DNA of 64,000 bases from Zootoca vivipara (Eukaryota), in assembly GCF_963506605.1 (NCBI RefSeq), contig NC_083286.1:30876001-30940000 (forward strand), given 5' to 3'. A program made the translations under genes and the position numbers. Every line of letters begins with the position of its first letter. Position 1 is the stretch's first letter. The notes under the pieces are model-generated. The model was not told where the DNA came from, did no database searches, and worked only from the letters and a program-made list of their open reading frames with translations. This document shows, in pieces, positions 61,741 to 64,000 of the stretch.

Positions 61741-63964
61741 CTGGAGCCTGTAGCAGGCTCGTCTTGTGTCCTTATGTAAAAGGGGCTTTAGTATTTTTTA
61801 AAAATACAATTATGTGGGATGTCCAACAACTGTGCTGTCCCAGATCCAAATGTGATGCTCTGTTGGGGCTGCTGCCATGAAGTGACAGCAACTGTAAAGG
61901 CAAATATGCTAGTGAATGCTAATAATAATGGGGTGAAACAAGTGCTATGTCCTAAGAATCTCATCAATGGTTTTTGATGTGGTCAATCTAACTTCCCTGT
62001 CTTGGTTCACATACACAAACCACTCCTTAATATTCATGATTCAAGATAAGCTAATTTTATATTTGCCTTCCTGAATATCACCACTGTTTTATTTTCTCTT
62101 TATATTAGAATACCCTTACCAGAAATATGCACTTAAGAGGTGTGGTATAAAGATGTTTTTAAATGCTATTTGTTGAGTTCTGGAAGTCTCTGTACTTAAT
62201 GGGTACCTTGGGTAATAGCCAATTAAGTTTTACCCAGAAGTGACCCACTGAATTCTGCTTTGAGTATGACTAACATCCGATATCATCCTCTGCATATTCT
62301 GCTATTAGTAGTATTAATAATAGTAGTAGTTTCTTTCCAAATTGTCACTATGTACCTATGAAATACCGGTATGTTCAAAGAATGTTTTTTTTACAATATT
62401 GTGTGTTATACTATGGATTGAGTTAGTACAAGGAAGACTTGGCACTGTTGCTGCAGTTATACTCCTCGATGCCATTTCCACCCACCCTCTGCAAAGTACA
62501 ACGCTACCTCTTTTTTTTTTTAAAAAAAAAAATGCCAGCAGCTAAGCTCTCAGCATGAACAACTCATCTTGGGCTGTATCGCTTCTTTGACATTTCAGAG
62601 CAGGAACTTATTTCAGAAATGTTAAGGTACGTGACAAATTGCCTTTTACCTGCTGAGCCTTCCAACAAGCAGGAGCAAACAAAAGCCCCAGAAGTTATCA
62701 CTCCCCAAACACCATGCTGATCGGTAACTTATTGATAAAGCAAAATCTCAATAACAGTATATACATCCATCCATCCATCCATCCATTCATTCACTCACTC
62801 ACTCACTTATTGAAAGCATTTCTAAACTGCAATGTATAAAAATGCCTATATAAAAACAGTATCATAAAAATGGAAATCTAGTGCTGCAGTAACACAGTGT
62901 AGTCTTTTGCAGTTCAAGGTTGTTGCTGATTTCAGGAACAGGCAGCGGCTCTTCCCCCCTTCCAGCACCTGAAATGCCAAGCAAATGCCGTGACACCTCA
63001 AGCTCCCATGCCACCAGGAAGATCACCCCCAAACACCCAGCAGCCACTGTGCCACTTACAGTGCCACCCAACAGATCCCTGTGGTGCCCTCCGCCTGGTG
63101 CATCCCTCCCCTCCCCTCCCCCCTCCCTTGCCTAGCTTCGCTACTGGTCTTATGGGAGGAGGAAAGTATTTACAAAATGTCAGGAGCAACTGACGGATGA
63201 TGTTCCATGTATGTCAGAGGGAAGGTTGTGGAAAAGAAAGGAATGATAAAGAAATTTGGCAAAAAAACCCTTAATGGTTTGAAAAACAGTCTTTGCTAGT
63301 CTCTCCCTCTAAACTCCTGCTATTCGGAATTTAAAGTGGGTGGTTGGGAGAAGGGAGAAAGCATTGCATGCATGAGGGGGAAAGTTACAAAGCAGTTCTT
63401 TCTTCCCCCACCTACATTTTATAGGAAGCTCATGTCAGAGAAGTCCCTCTAGTTGCAGAGCTGCAACTAGCTGGCTGAAGAAACCTGCTTTTTGCAGATC
63501 AACTACTAAAGGGACTCCTCTCAAGCACAGTTAATGCTTGTGTCTTTGGATGTGTGTACCAGGCATGCATGGCCAAACTGAGCAGGATTTAACCCCAACT
63601 TGTCTGATGTTGAGTAGGGATTAAATCCTGCTATTTTGGCTATGGGTGGCTGCTCCCTGCTGGAACCAACATAGAATCCTGTCCTCCCACTCATCAGTTG
63701 ATATCACAAGATGGACAGCTGAGTGTGGTTTGAATAAAATGGCCTTGTGGACCAAATCCCTAGTAGGCTAAGATTGGCCCATGGGCTGTAGGTTCTCTAC
63801 CTGTGCTTTAGAGGGCTTCCACTCATGCTTAGGATGTTTAGAATGAACTGAGGTTACATGCATGCATTTGTACACAAGTAGACTCAGGTGATTAATCTGT
63901 ATCAAGGATGATGATGTGACAAATAGCATGGGAGCGTCTAAACATGCATAAATTTATACATGTT

Positions 63965-64000
63965 AAAAGTAAAAAGGTAAGGGGCCCCTGGACGGTTAAG
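63965..64000 (-). mobile_element. Sauria SINE 3' tail, cut by the window edge
   Basis: aaaggtaaggggcccctggacggttaag resembles the tail of the other copies. Confidence 0.6.

Overview
This is non-coding vertebrate genomic DNA. The repeat content (Sauria SINEs, Bov-B/RTE LINEs, Squam3-like SINEs, squamate-type L2/CR1 tails) points to a squamate reptile, probably a lacertid lizard; the taxon is an inference. I cannot support any host protein-coding exon. The only recognisable ORF-track products are Bov-B reverse transcriptase fragments, and I also read one decayed L1 ORF2 C-terminus by hand. The window is intronic or intergenic and packed with transposable elements: 6 Bov-B fragments, 5 Sauria SINEs, 2 solo LTRs, many hAT and Tc1/mariner-type MITEs with visible TIRs and TSDs, microsatellites and a 151-N assembly gap. 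The most interesting signals are: (1) two short TSD-flanked Penelope-like fragments, each with an intact minimal type I hammerhead ribozyme motif; (2) a ~1 kb fold-back element with Bov-B insertions at mirror-image positions of its two arms; (3) repeated reuse of one target site by successive insertions; (4) a twin-primed Bov-B; (5) a young 90-bp hAT MITE family with a longer, palindrome-rich relative; (6) a strong minus-strand bias of RTE-mobilised elements. Repeat family names are from recognition, not database searches.
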